Origin: Chrysomallon squamiferum
Lineage: Eukaryota; Animalia; Mollusca
DNA: 64,000 nucleotides
NCBI GenBank assembly: GCA_012295275.1
Contig: CM022678.1
Coordinates: 8,370,001 to 8,434,000, forward strand
Direction of reading: 5' to 3'
The number at the start of each line of letters is the position of its first letter. Within the stretch, counting starts at the first letter, position 1. Under the pieces are notes generated by a model. It was not told where the DNA came from. It was given only the letters and a program-made list of their open reading frames with translations, and ran no database searches. A program made the position numbers and the translations under genes. Below are positions 1 to 11,979 of the stretch, one piece after another.

Positions 1-1575
1 TAAGAACTATTATATAGGATATGTACTAATTACTTATAAACAACAAATAAATATCTAGAAATTAAAAACAAATCAGACCTTGACTGTTTTATAATTTTTT
101 CAACAAGTAGAAATCTAGTAAATTGTTTTTTTATCTGGATTTCACCAAATATCAACTAAATTATAATTATAAATAACTGACTGTAATTCATTACTACTTT
201 TCATACTGTTTAATGCCTAAATCTAAATTAGGATCTAAAATTTCAAAACCTCTGCCATTACTGTATTTAAAAAATAAATGAAACAAATCCTTTACAATGA
301 AAAAATTCTTTCTTCAATATTTTGTATACTACAATTACTTTATAACATTATTATAGACTCTCTATTGCTTTTAAAATAGCTTTTCTTATTCTTTGTATTT
401 GAATATAAAATTACCATTACAAAAAAAAAAGAATGTTATCTTGATATTAACATTCATAAATTTACTTTATGTGTGATATATAAGTTTTTAGAGAAACTTC
501 TCTGTCTGTTCTGCTGTCTGTGTGTGTCCCATTCTGTTGTTTAGGTGGCAACACTTGTCTGTTTTGTGATATATGTCTGAAAAAGTAAAAACAAAGATAA
601 TTTAATTTTTATTATTTTTATTAGTAACATTATTTGCTGTTATATGTATATAAATGCCATTTACTGATACAAATGGATGTTTGTTGAAACATCAGTATCT
701 TTTAAACATATTTCATTATAACCTGATTATTGATAAACATAAGTTCTGCTAAAATAAAACAAATCTGAAAAAAAGAAGAAATATTTTATTTAAGAACATA
801 CACTACATGTTCTTTTTACTAGTTCTTTGTATCTTAAAAGGTAAATATCGATACGTTAATGAAGTGACAACTTTTTTAAACAAGCAACCATCCATTTTAA
901 ATAATAAAATTGTCTTTTTTGATAGGTAAAAACATCATTCAGTATATACACTAAAACTAAATATTTTTATCATATATTTACCATTTATTTTCCAAAATAT
1001 AAAATGAAGAAAATAAACTTTAACAGAGCCAAACAAACTCATTTTAATAAAAGAAGATTTAAAATGTTTAGTAATTAACAAAATAATAAAAAAAAATAGT
1101 AAAAATAAAAACAAATAAGTATAAGTATATGTATGACAATGAATAATCAATAAATATAAATAAAACAACAGAATACCTGATGGCCGGGACAGCACATTCT
1201 ACCGAAACAGCTTCACTGGCATATGCCAACATTAGCGCATCAGTTAGAGCTGTATGTGCCAAAACAAATAATAATAAATAAACAGTTATAATAAATAGCT
1301 AATACTTCTTTATTATTAAGATTTACATTGTAATGGTATCAGTTACTGGACTGTTCACACAATATGGGCTGTGGGATATTTTCAATGTACATTGTCAATA
1401 ATAAATAATTTTTCTGAGTAATGCCTAATCATTATAATGATGATAAAAAAATAATTAACAAAACAACAGCAAATAAGTGATTATCATTACGATATTCTAT
1501 AATCAATAAATTATAAAGAGTTGCTACAGAACTTATTTTACTCTCTAATACCCAAAAATAAAATTAAAAACTCAC

Positions 1576-2083
1576 ATCTCAGAATGGTGCAGTCTGCATA
1601 AGAATGGTTTCCTAACAGGTGATTCATCCTTCTCCATGATGTAAATTCCCTTTCTTGACAGACCTGAATAATAATGCAATGACGTACGAAAAATAGAAAT
1701 ACTAACAGTAAATACAATGTTTATTATTTTGTGTAAGAACATGATATTTTTTGTTATCAATCAACATTTCAACCGTCATTTGTCAGATAAATGCATTTTT
1801 CTCTGCTTATTATATGATTATCGTTTGTGAATGTAATAATAAATGTATTTACATATGAAATTGCCAACCCACGCACTCAAACTCTCTTTCTCTCTGACAA
1901 TACGGTGAACACCTCTCTTTCTGTTTCTTTCACACATACAGTGATAGTGATACACATTAATTTGATTAAACATTACATCATGATCATCATCATGTTTACC
2001 TCTTTCCATGGCTGAAAATGTGCGCATAACTCCGCATCTGATTCACGCTTGGATTCGCACAAGCATAAAACATCCGAATCCAT
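1576..2083 (-). CDS. Putative first two coding exons (2083-2000, 1663-1576) of an unidentified gene
   Basis: ATG at 2083, GT donors (gtaaac, gtgag) and a ttcag acceptor. The exons splice in frame to MDSDVLCLCESKRESDAELCAHFQPWKE/VCQEREFTSWRRMNHLLGNHSYADCTILR. They lie in a locally CpG-richer patch. Family not recognised. Confidence 0.4.
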
Positions 2084-2838
2084 TTGGATTCTCGTGAAAT
2101 ATATCCAAAATTCTATTAAATTGAATAATCAACAAGTAACACGTTGCCGAATTAAAAATTAAAATAATCTGGCTGTCAAACATCAGTTCATACTGGTTTG
2201 AAAAGCGTAGCATAGATTCGAATCCGTTTATGTTCGAAACATCGTGGTTTATCGAGACCGGTCTGGCCTGAACCTAATTTTATTTAGTATTTAAGAAGTT
2301 ATTAATTTGTTTATTCTCTCAAAATTTATTATAAAATTTGTAGAAATTTATTCTGGTTTCAGACCAACATGTGATTTCCTGTCTACTGTGGTGTTTGAAG
2401 AAGTAATTCTCTGTCAGATTAGCTAATGTATGTATTTACAATTAACTCAGATTTTACAAATTAGGACAATTAATGAATTATAATGTATTCATTTCTGAGC
2501 TAAAAATGAAATTAATAAAAATAACCATAATAATTATAAATATTATTAATATTAATAAATAAATAATTGTGATTATAATTTAAAAAAAAAAAAAAAAAAA
2601 AATAAATGTTATAAATAAAAAAATAAAAAAATAAAATAAAGTAATAAAATAAAATAAAATAAAGTTAAATTAAAAAAGCAACACGAAAATTTTAAAAAAA
2701 ACGGGATTAAAAGCAGTCATATCTATTCTTTAAAAAAACAAGCACCCCTCCCCGAAACCACCGCCACCAAACAAAACACTTCCTCAGAGTTAAAAATTAA
2801 ATATATCATTTTATTTTATTTTATTTATTTATATATAG

Positions 2839-3011
2839 AGAGAGGACTCGAATGTCTCCGTCTATTCGGCCGAGATGATCCGAACGGTCATGATCAGTTT
2901 TACGATACTGGGTCAGCGAGACTCGTGGTTTTGTTTATCAAGACTACAGTTGATTCCATGCCTATCCGGTCAAGAAAGTTAGTATTTATAAACCGATGTT
3001 GGCAGGTTAAG
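2839..3011 (+). CDS. Putative coding exon of an unidentified gene
   Basis: Open frame RGLECLRLFGRDDPNGHDQFYDTGSARLVVLFIKTTVDSMPIRSRKLVFINRCWQVK ends at AAG|gtaag. Against the paralogue at about 56373-56540, several differences are synonymous in this frame (CTC/CTG, GAA/GAG, CTA/TTA, TCA/TCT, AGA/AGG). The 5' boundary is uncertain. Confidence 0.45.
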
Positions 3012-4014
3012 GTAAGCCGATAAGTCCAATTTATCGAACAAACCGTTAATTCTGACTAATTAATTTATAATTTTAATATTTTAGGTAACTTTTAAATAGT
3101 TTTTTTTTTTTTTGTTTCCAAATGATAAAAGATAAATTTTATAATTTTTTTTTTTTTTTGAACTACAATGTACAATTTATTTATTAGGGTTATCAATGAT
3201 AAATTTCATTTATCACTTTACAGGATAAACAAGCCTTCTGCTGACCAGAAAAAAAGCCCAAGGATGACAACTTGACCATATGTATAGTGCAGCGTTCAGT
3301 GAAGAACATGACTTCTCGAGTCCTGGCAGTTAAGAGAATTGTGTACAGACTCAGACACTCAGATGTGCTCAACATGTTTGTAAACAGATGCTGAGTATAA
3401 TGGACACATAATTCAGTTTACTACCAGATTTTATAAATTACTTGATGCCATCTGAGAATGTTTTAATATTAATATTATTTTAATTTTGTTACTATTAATT
3501 AGGTATGTTTAGTGAACAATGAGTTAACAGTGAAAAGACAGTGATTAGACAGTGATTTATATCTATCATTAATTACTTCTATAATTTTTGTTCGTTTATT
3601 TAATTTTTAAAATGATAAAAAAGTCATTATCATTTTTGAACTATGCTGTTTTTAATGCATTTTATATTAATATTAAATTGACATAAACAAAAAACTGATT
3701 AAAAAAATGAAGAAAAAAGAAACAAGTCAAAAAACGTTTTTCAAACAATAAATTACTTTTGTTTCAGACTGAGAATGTAGAAGTCAGGGTTTGATATGGG
3801 AACAGATTTCTCATAAAGCTGAAGGCAGTTTGTCAGTATGGATACCACTTGAAAAAAGTATGAGAAAGGTTAGTAGTTTGTTTCTTTGAACTGTAGTGTG
3901 CCTATCAAAGCAAAAAGTGCAAGGACTGACTGTCTTGTCTCAGATGAAAAAGTGCTTGGTTTCACAAATACTGAATAAGCTTTTTACTTTATTATTATTA
4001 TTATTATTATTTAG

Positions 4015-6022
4015 ATCTAAATGAGTGTACATCAGTATTACTAAGTATACTGATACTTGTACTAACAGAATCAGTGGATTCACTTGTTTCTGTCTGGCTT
4101 GGAAGAAACTTGAAAATGACCAGAGAACGTGTTAGAAAGCAGAATTTCTCATTACAAAAGACAATAATGTAAAACTAAATTTTTAAATATTTTAAAAACA
4201 TAAGTATATTTTGAAATCTGAAGCAACTTATTCTGTAAAATTAGAAATTTTCATGATATTTAGATTATACTTTTAATATAATTTTATAAATTTTGTTTTA
4301 TAATAAATACTAACACAAAATTTTCATTTTTATTTAATTTATTTATTTTCAAATTGGATTTTTGTTTCCCTCTCAGACCATTGTCAGTGTAAAGCTGGCT
4401 GGGTGGTGTGTGATGTGAAAACAACAGAGATGAGTGTAGTGTTTCAACAGTTTCATGTCAAGCAAACAGCAACTGCAAAAACCTGCCAGTCTCCTATCAT
4501 TTGAGTGTAAGACAGGATATCACAACTTGTCAAATGAATGTATAGGTGAGTAGGATATACTTAATAAATTGTTAATTACTCAATATTAAAAATTTGGTAA
4601 CAGGTTAAAATTATAACATTTTATATAATAAACAGTTATATGCAATGAATTATTCCTTATTATTTAATAAATAGTTACATGTTACAAATGATTTCTTATT
4701 ATTTATGAAATATTTATATGCTGAAAATGATTCCTTTCTACTTAATAAATATTTATATGTTCAAAATGATTGCTTATTACTTTATAAATAGTGATATCGA
4801 AAAACATTACTCTATTTTACTTTAAAAAAAATAGTTAAATGATACAAATGATTGATGAATTTTGTATATCATTTTGTGATTTTAATTACCAAAGAAATCA
4901 GAATGGATGTTTTAGATTGAAAAATGACATAGGAATGAGTTAATTAATACCTCAGTGACAACATTAACTTTATCTGCATTAAAATGCAACAAATAAATAA
5001 ATAAATAAAATAATAAAAATATCATTTTATACTTGTTAATAATTTTTTGTTCAAAAATGTTTATCTAACATAGAATATCAACTTTCAGTAACTAAGAAAC
5101 AACAAAAAAGAACCCAAAACAAAACCTGTTTAGTATCAGCTAATTTTATTTTTTTCAGTTTGAGTCACATTAATTTTTAGCAACATGAAAAAAAAAAAAC
5201 CCCAAAACCAACACTTTTTATTTAAATGTAACAAAATTTTATAAAATTATAAAATATTTTATTTTCATTTGTGTCAGTGCTGCAGTGAACAGTTCATGTG
5301 AACAGGGCTGCAGGGTGCATGACACAGTGGAGCAGTGTTTGTGTAGAAATGTTTACCTTGAATTCAGACAACAAAACATGCTCAGGTGAGTCAGTTCTAT
5401 CTGGTTCTCAGGTTAAATTGTTCACTTCAAGCATTCTTAGTTTATTCATATTTCGAGTTTAAGTGTTATCTCTTTGAATCTGAATGGCTGGCATTTCTAC
5501 CATTATGATTATCTGTTTTTTTTAGTTTTAATTTTAATTTTTTATTATTAATAATGTCATGCTCATTATATAATCAGCAATCAGTTTCTAACTTATGTAT
5601 GCATTAGTAGCTTTTGTGCTATTCAAATAGTTAAGTTAAAGGTGTCATTTCTGGAATTAAGAAAAATTTCAAAGCAGTTAATAGTGTTTAAGAAACTTGT
5701 CAGAATTTATGAATAATTTTAATTTTTATTAAGAATAGTTATATCTGTGTAACTTAAACTCGATTATATTTAGAAATGATTAAAACCTCTCAGAATCTCT
5801 GAATTTGATTTTCAGTTAATCCATATATTTCTTATAAATAATTTCTGTGTAAATGATATACGAGTAATTTTAGAAATTGTCAAAATGTATGAGTAAGTTT
5901 AATTGTTGTTCATGATTGAGATATAAATGTAATTCAACAGTATTTGTACTCAGAACTATAACTACTATGATGTTCCTGTATGGATGGTTATAAGTGGGAA
6001 ACTGACAAAATTACTTGTAGAG
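4015..6022 (+). pseudogene. Degraded calcium-binding EGF-repeat (fibrillin/fibulin/mucin-EGF-like) exons, copy 1
   Basis: Exon relics at about 4015-4134 (DLNECT...CTNRISGFTCFCL, donor lost), 4377-4545 (CQCKAGW...RDECS...CQANSNCKNL..., frameshifted), about 5277-5385 (SCEQGCRV...CLC) and about 5920-6022. Confidence 0.8.
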
Positions 6023-7052
6023 GTAGATACATATTAATATAATCACACACACACATCAACATATGCACAGCAAAGATTCACACACATCAACATATGCATG
6101 TGCAAAGATTTCACATGCACATGCAAATATTGACACACGTCAAACATCACACACAAACCTCCATATACATACATATACAGCAAATATAATTAACTCAAAT
6201 CAAATACAGTGCAATACAATAAAATAAAATAAATGAAATGAAATACCATGAAATACAATACAGCACAACACAACACAATACAGTACAATAACTGAATTGA
6301 ACTGAAATAAAAGAAATTAAATAATGATAAAATATAATAAAATTAATGGAATAAAATGAAATAAAATAAAAAGTAGTGTGAAATGATTCACGATGAAATA
6401 AATGAAATGCAATGCAATACAATGCTAAATCAAATTGATTTTGTCCATGAAATAAATGGCTTTTTAAAAGTAAGTAAAAAAATCATCAAAATAATTAAGT
6501 GACAACCCATCCCATTTGAATCATATCAACCTTCATTGTACATGTAAATTGTATAATATTGTTTATACAACTCTGAATATAATTTTAATTTTAATAATAA
6601 TTTTGTTTTTCTTCAGGGTCCTTCATCGTAAGCTTGTTTTGAGAATGAAAGAAAATGTGACATTGATTTGTTGTGTTTATCTCCAAGTTCTTCAAGTTTT
6701 CTCACTGTACTGAACAAACTAAAGAGAAGAAACAATAGAATATAAAATATCTTCACAACACCTATGAAGAACTGAATTCTTTAAGAATACTGAGAGCTTT
6801 TAGAAAGTTCCACACCAAAAGTAATATTTTAAAAACAGTTACTTGTTATGTGGACTGCACTTACTGAAGAATTTATAAATCTGTGAAACTGTGATTTCAG
6901 ATTCAAAATGTAGACATAGACCAGTAGACAGAATGTCTGTACCAGACAGTCAAGTGTGTGAAAAAGAATTTATTTTTAAAAATGTCTGATGTAGAAATCC
7001 TTGATTTACTGCTTTAAAAAACTAAAAATTGTATAGCTCAAGGCAGATAAAC

Positions 7053-7085
<33 letters not shown>

Positions 7086-7688
7086 TTTTTTTTTTTTATT
7101 AATGTACTGGTAAAGATTTATGAAAATGTTTGTTAATAAAACATAAAATGGAAGAAGATCTGTTGTTTGGAAGATATTTTCTTAATGATTACTTTGCAGA
7201 TTAAATTGTATGTCAAGTTGTTTAGTCATTTAAAAAAAAAACATTCTAACCAAATTCTTGGTATTTTTTTTATCTTATTAATATACTTTTATTGGATCAA
7301 TCAGAAATGTTGGCACCTCTCAGCACTTTAAAACTGTATGAAACATTTAAAATAATTTTTAATTTGGAAGTTCAGGTACATATTAGACCATGTTTTTCTA
7401 AATTTTTAATTATGAATTTTGTTGAGGCTTTTCTAAAATTATCTTTTTCATATGAAAAAGTAGATTTGATGTTGATCTTTTCTTTTTCATGTTCAAATAA
7501 ATATTTCATTATTTTGTTTTCTGTTTTTCATTATATATTTGTAGCTAGCATTTTCATCAGACTTGAGAAACAGATTCCTAAGAGTGAAGAATATTTTTAT
7601 ATATATAGTTTTGAAATAATAGTAGAAGTAATAGATGTGATTGTGGAAATACTGATACAGATAATGTTGCAGCAGTTAGTAATAGAAT

Positions 7689-7726
<38 letters not shown>

Positions 7727-8090
7727 ATAGTAATACTGGTAAAAGGTAATGAAAATAACAATAGCATAAGTAACTGAGGGAGTATTGTAGTAATGGTTCT
7801 ATTATTAATTTTTGGCTGTGTACATATTCAGAAAACACCATAAACACTTTGCTTGGAGATATATAATTTTGAATTTTACTTGCATTTCAAACGACTGAAT
7901 AATTTGGCTGTTTGCAGAATATAATATTTAAATTGTTTCTTCTATCTTTGTATCTGTCTGTCTGTCTATATGTGGATCCAGTCATTACACATATTACATA
8001 AAATAACAAAAGCTTATTGCTGACACTTGTTATACAGGCTTTTCTTTTTTATTTATGACAGGTAATTTTATTCAAAGATTTATAATAGGT

Positions 8091-8290
8091 NNNNNNNNNN
8101 NNNNNNNNNNNNNNNNNNNNNNNNNNNNNNNNNNNNNNNNNNNNNNNNNNNNNNNNNNNNNNNNNNNNNNNNNNNNNNNNNNNNNNNNNNNNNNNNNNNN
8201 NNNNNNNNNNNNNNNNNNNNNNNNNNNNNNNNNNNNNNNNNNNNNNNNNNNNNNNNNNNNNNNNNNNNNNNNNNNNNNNNNNNNNNNNNN
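8091..8290. other. Assembly gap (200 N)
   Basis: Run of N. Confidence 1.
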
Positions 8291-8628
8291 TTTTGTGATT
8301 TATTTCATTGCTTCATGCAATTTATTACAGCTGACTTCGTTTATTTATATTAATATTGTCGCCCGCAGTTTACAACAGACTGTCGTCTTCCTTCTCGAAT
8401 TAAGAGTGACGTCACAAGGTTAAATTTACCAAGATACAATGCACTTTTATTTTACAAATAAGACTAAATAAATAAACAAACAGTTTATTTAGTGTATTTA
8501 TAAAATGACATTTATTTGTATATACCGTTGGTTGTATGAATTAAGTGGAATTAATATGTAATTCTTACCTCGTCAGTTGTTTTCAGTTGTTATTATTATT
8601 AATATTATTATTATTATTCTTATTATTA

Positions 8629-8671
<43 letters not shown>

Positions 8672-8725
8672 TTAGTTACATTTTTCTTTCTCTATATTTT
8701 ATCTTAGTCTTCCATGTTGTTGTTG

Positions 8726-8783
<58 letters not shown>

Positions 8784-8788
8784 CAGAT

Positions 8789-9074
8789 ATGGCAACAGCT
8801 TCAAACTCCGATGATAACTTATCGTGCTGTCTATGCATGGACATTTTCGACAAGCCACGAGTTCTTTTTTGTGGTCATTCGTTTTGTTCGAAATGCCTGC
8901 AGGACTTTTTGAGTCACAATTACAACAACGACGATACAAAAATAAGCTGCCCGTCCTGCAGGCAGAATGGCCACATCCCAGACAGCACGAAACCAGTGTA
9001 CACGTGGGCAGCTCAGTTTCCTATTAACAAGTCACTGGTCGACGTCATTAATGATCGGCTACAATCAAAGTGTT
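8789..9074 (+). CDS. TRIM-like E3 ubiquitin ligase, coding exon 1 (C3HC4 RING finger)
   Basis: Acceptor tcacag at 8781-8786 is followed by ATG at 8789. MATAS...CCLCMDIFDKPRVLFCGHSFCSKCL...ISCPSCR is a TRIM-type RING-HC, followed by WAAQFPINKSL, a typical post-RING motif. Donor T|gtgagt at 9075 (phase 1). Confidence 0.92.
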
Positions 9075-9292
9075 GTGAGTCAGATGTGTTTAAATCTATA
9101 ACAATAAAATAATTAAAACAGATACAGTGATTATTTAACTCACAATATTTATGTCGTGTATTAGCCATCGCAACATAAATAAAATACATTTTATTTCGAA
9201 CATTTTTCTGCTAAGATTTTAGATTTAGTTGATAAATACTCTAGCTCTTCACACTGTAGGCAAATCTTTATTAATAGCATTAGTACTGAATA

Positions 9293-9350
<58 letters not shown>

Positions 9351-9431
9351 CAGTTGTTTAATCATGCATTCATTTACTTATTTATTTACTTATTCATTCA
9401 TTTATTTATTTTATTTATTTATTTATTTCAG

Positions 9432-11122
9432 CTAAAAAGGGAGGCCACATTTCAATTCTGAGTTCTGTTTCTGAGATTCTCAAATCCTACAAAGAAATTC
9501 TTCAGACAGAGATGGACGATAAGATTGAGCAACTTCGCCAAGCCGTCGACATCAAAGTCGTGGACACCACAGAAGAGGTCAGAAGGATTGGTAACACACT
9601 AATAACAGATTTCACAGCCGCAGTCCACAAAGAACAAGACAGGCTAATAAGAGAAATAGAAAAATCTCAGAACTTTGTAAACTCAGAAATACAAAAATTG
9701 TTTAGTGAACACAAACATCTGATTGATGAAAATGAAAAGTTTATAAAACTTGGTGAAAATTTATTAAAGCAAAAATCAGAGTCAGACATTAAAACAAATC
9801 TTCCAAAATTCACCGAACTTCAAAACACAACTTCAAAGTTTCTGTCAAATTCTCTTTCACAAATAGAAAAAACACAATTCAAAATAAATCTCAGAAAATC
9901 TGACAAAAAGAAAGAAATGTCTGTACACATCGGTGAAATAATCACAAACATCCAAACAGAAACACAGATAAACAGAATGACAGACACACTCAAACACTCA
10001 GATACAAAAACACAACACACAGACACACAGATAGACAAACAGACAGACACACTCAAACACACAGACACCATTAACACAAAAACACAACACACAGTCACAC
10101 CGATGGACAAACAGACAGACACACTCAAACACACAGACACCATTAACACAAAAACACAACACACAGACACACAGATAGGCAAACAGACAGACATACTCAA
10201 ACACACCGTCACCATTAACACAGAAACACAACACACAGTCACACAGATAGACAAACAGACAGACACACTCAAACACACAGACACCATTAACACAAAAACA
10301 CAACACACAGACACACTCAAACACACAGACACACTCAAACACACAGACACCATTAACACAAAAACACAAGAAGATGAAACAAATCCTTTCTTGCTTTCCA
10401 TCCTGGTGTCAGGTGAGGACAAGAGTAAAATTGTTGTTAGTGATTGTCACAATAAATGTGTAAAATGTTTTTGTTTAACATGTAAATCACTGATAAACAG
10501 ACACGTGACTTCCACTCGTCCATACGGTCTTGCTGAGTCACGTGATCAGCAGGGTGATGTTGTTGTTGTCGTTGCTCTGCCAGATGAAAATAAAATATTG
10601 TTTTTAAATTTGAAAAACTTGAAACTGATAAAAACAATTGCAACTGGTAAAGAGTATGAGTTTATCTCTGTGTTACCTGGCAACCGTCTCGCGGTCACTG
10701 GTGGGTGGTTTGATGAGTGCTTGGACATACTGACAGACAGTGGTCAGCTCATTAATTCTATCTCAACAGATTTGATCCCCAGTCCGAGGTTTCTCACAGT
10801 TCACGATCAATGTCTGATTGTTGTGTCAGATGAAAACAGTATATTTTGTGTGACGTCATCAGGTGACGTCAAATGGAAGTCACGTGATTCACACAAACTA
10901 AGAGAGTTGAGAGGTGTTACATGTGACAGGGAGGGAAATATTTTTGTTTGTAGTGGAATTAGAGATTGTGTTGTTCAGCTGTCTCGAGATGGTAACATTA
11001 CACGTGACATCCTCACTGACCAGGATGGACTGTCCAGACCTTGTTGTGTCTGTTGTGATGACAACAAACTCTACGTGGAAGATAACAATGAAATAAAAAT
11101 ATTTACGTGGTGTAAAAAGTAA
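9432..11122 (+). CDS. TRIM-like E3 ligase, coding exon 2 (coiled coil, tandem-repeat linker, NHL-like beta-propeller)
   Basis: Acceptor tttcag ends at 9431. The phase-1 join T+CT is in frame with the 536-aa ORF. A heptad-rich region is followed by propeller-blade motifs ([51 protein letters not shown]). Stop TAA at 11120-11122. Spliced CDS is 1977 nt, 658 aa. Confidence 0.9.
9980..10370 (+). repeat. Coding minisatellite, 72-nt / 24-aa unit ([24 protein letters not shown]), about 5 copies plus partial units
   Basis: acagacacactcaaacac and its variants recur at 10043, 10115, 10187 and 10259 (72-nt period). The frame stays open throughout. Confidence 0.95.
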
Positions 11123-11366
11123 ACTTCAAACTGTCTGCTAAGTTAGTTTCATTGAACTGTTTTGAAGTTGAAAGTCCACAGACATTTCTTTCTTGTAAAT
11201 AAACAGAAAATCAGTTATTTATTTAGTAAATAATTTAGTTAATTTGTTTACTTTGTTTCTTTATATTTTTAAATATGTTATTTATTTATTATGAATTACT
11301 TTATCGTTTAACCTTGATAAATTACAAAATAGATTTCACTTTTGAAATGTTCACTCAGTTTTATCA

Positions 11367-11370
<4 letters not shown>

Positions 11371-11447
<77 letters not shown>
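11371..11447. repeat. (CT)n microsatellite
   Basis: Perfect CT run. Confidence 0.98.
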
Positions 11448-11451
<4 letters not shown>

Positions 11452-11979
11452 CTTACATCTAAACTATAATTTATTTCAAATAATATTTGAAATATACTTG
11501 TACAATCAAAACTGCAATAAAATATTTATATCATAATAAGTAAAATTCTTATGTCATTTTTTAATTTAAATTTTAAAACTATTTTACATTGTTTCGTGAT
11601 CTCTTTGTCTGTATAGCTAATATATATTCACCTAACTGTATGTCTGTCTGTATAATATAATTAATGTGTATAATGTCAGTGTAGAACAAACTAGTTCAGT
11701 GATGAGATTTATTATAAATTTATTATTAACAGCTAATACAAATTATTGATTTGGAGATCCCTAGCATTTTCAACATGTGAAAAAGCTCTGTGACACTTTC
11801 TCCGCGGGTCGGGAGAAATGTTTCAACACGTGCAAAAGTTTCCAACTTTTACATTTTTATTCTGCTTGACATATTTTATAAATTTCTCTCTTAGACATGA
11901 AGTTAGGTTCAATTTTTTATTTATATATTTTTTGATCCAAAGAAAGAAATAAACAAATAAAAGGAAACAAGAAAAAAGA

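Larger units (their letters stand above)
20..7950 (+). repeat. Segmental duplication A, copy 1 (direct-orientation paralogue of about 53136-62300)
   Basis: Long collinear matches by eye, e.g. 895-2250 vs 54658-56060, 4140-4620 vs 58508-58990 and 6780-7560 vs 61320-62090, with many substitutions and indels. Boundaries are approximate. Confidence 0.93.

Noticed and set aside
7292-7847. Hydrophobic ORFs with poly-Val or poly-Leu
   Set aside because: Driven by (GTA)n and T-rich DNA; not preserved in the paralogue at about 61830-62200.
8714-8788. Poly-Leu signal-peptide-like extension of the RING ORF
   Set aside because: It is an (ATT)n microsatellite in the intron upstream of the acceptor at 8786.
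9820-10422. Antisense ORFs overlapping the TRIM-like gene
   Set aside because: Shadow frames of the coding minisatellite.
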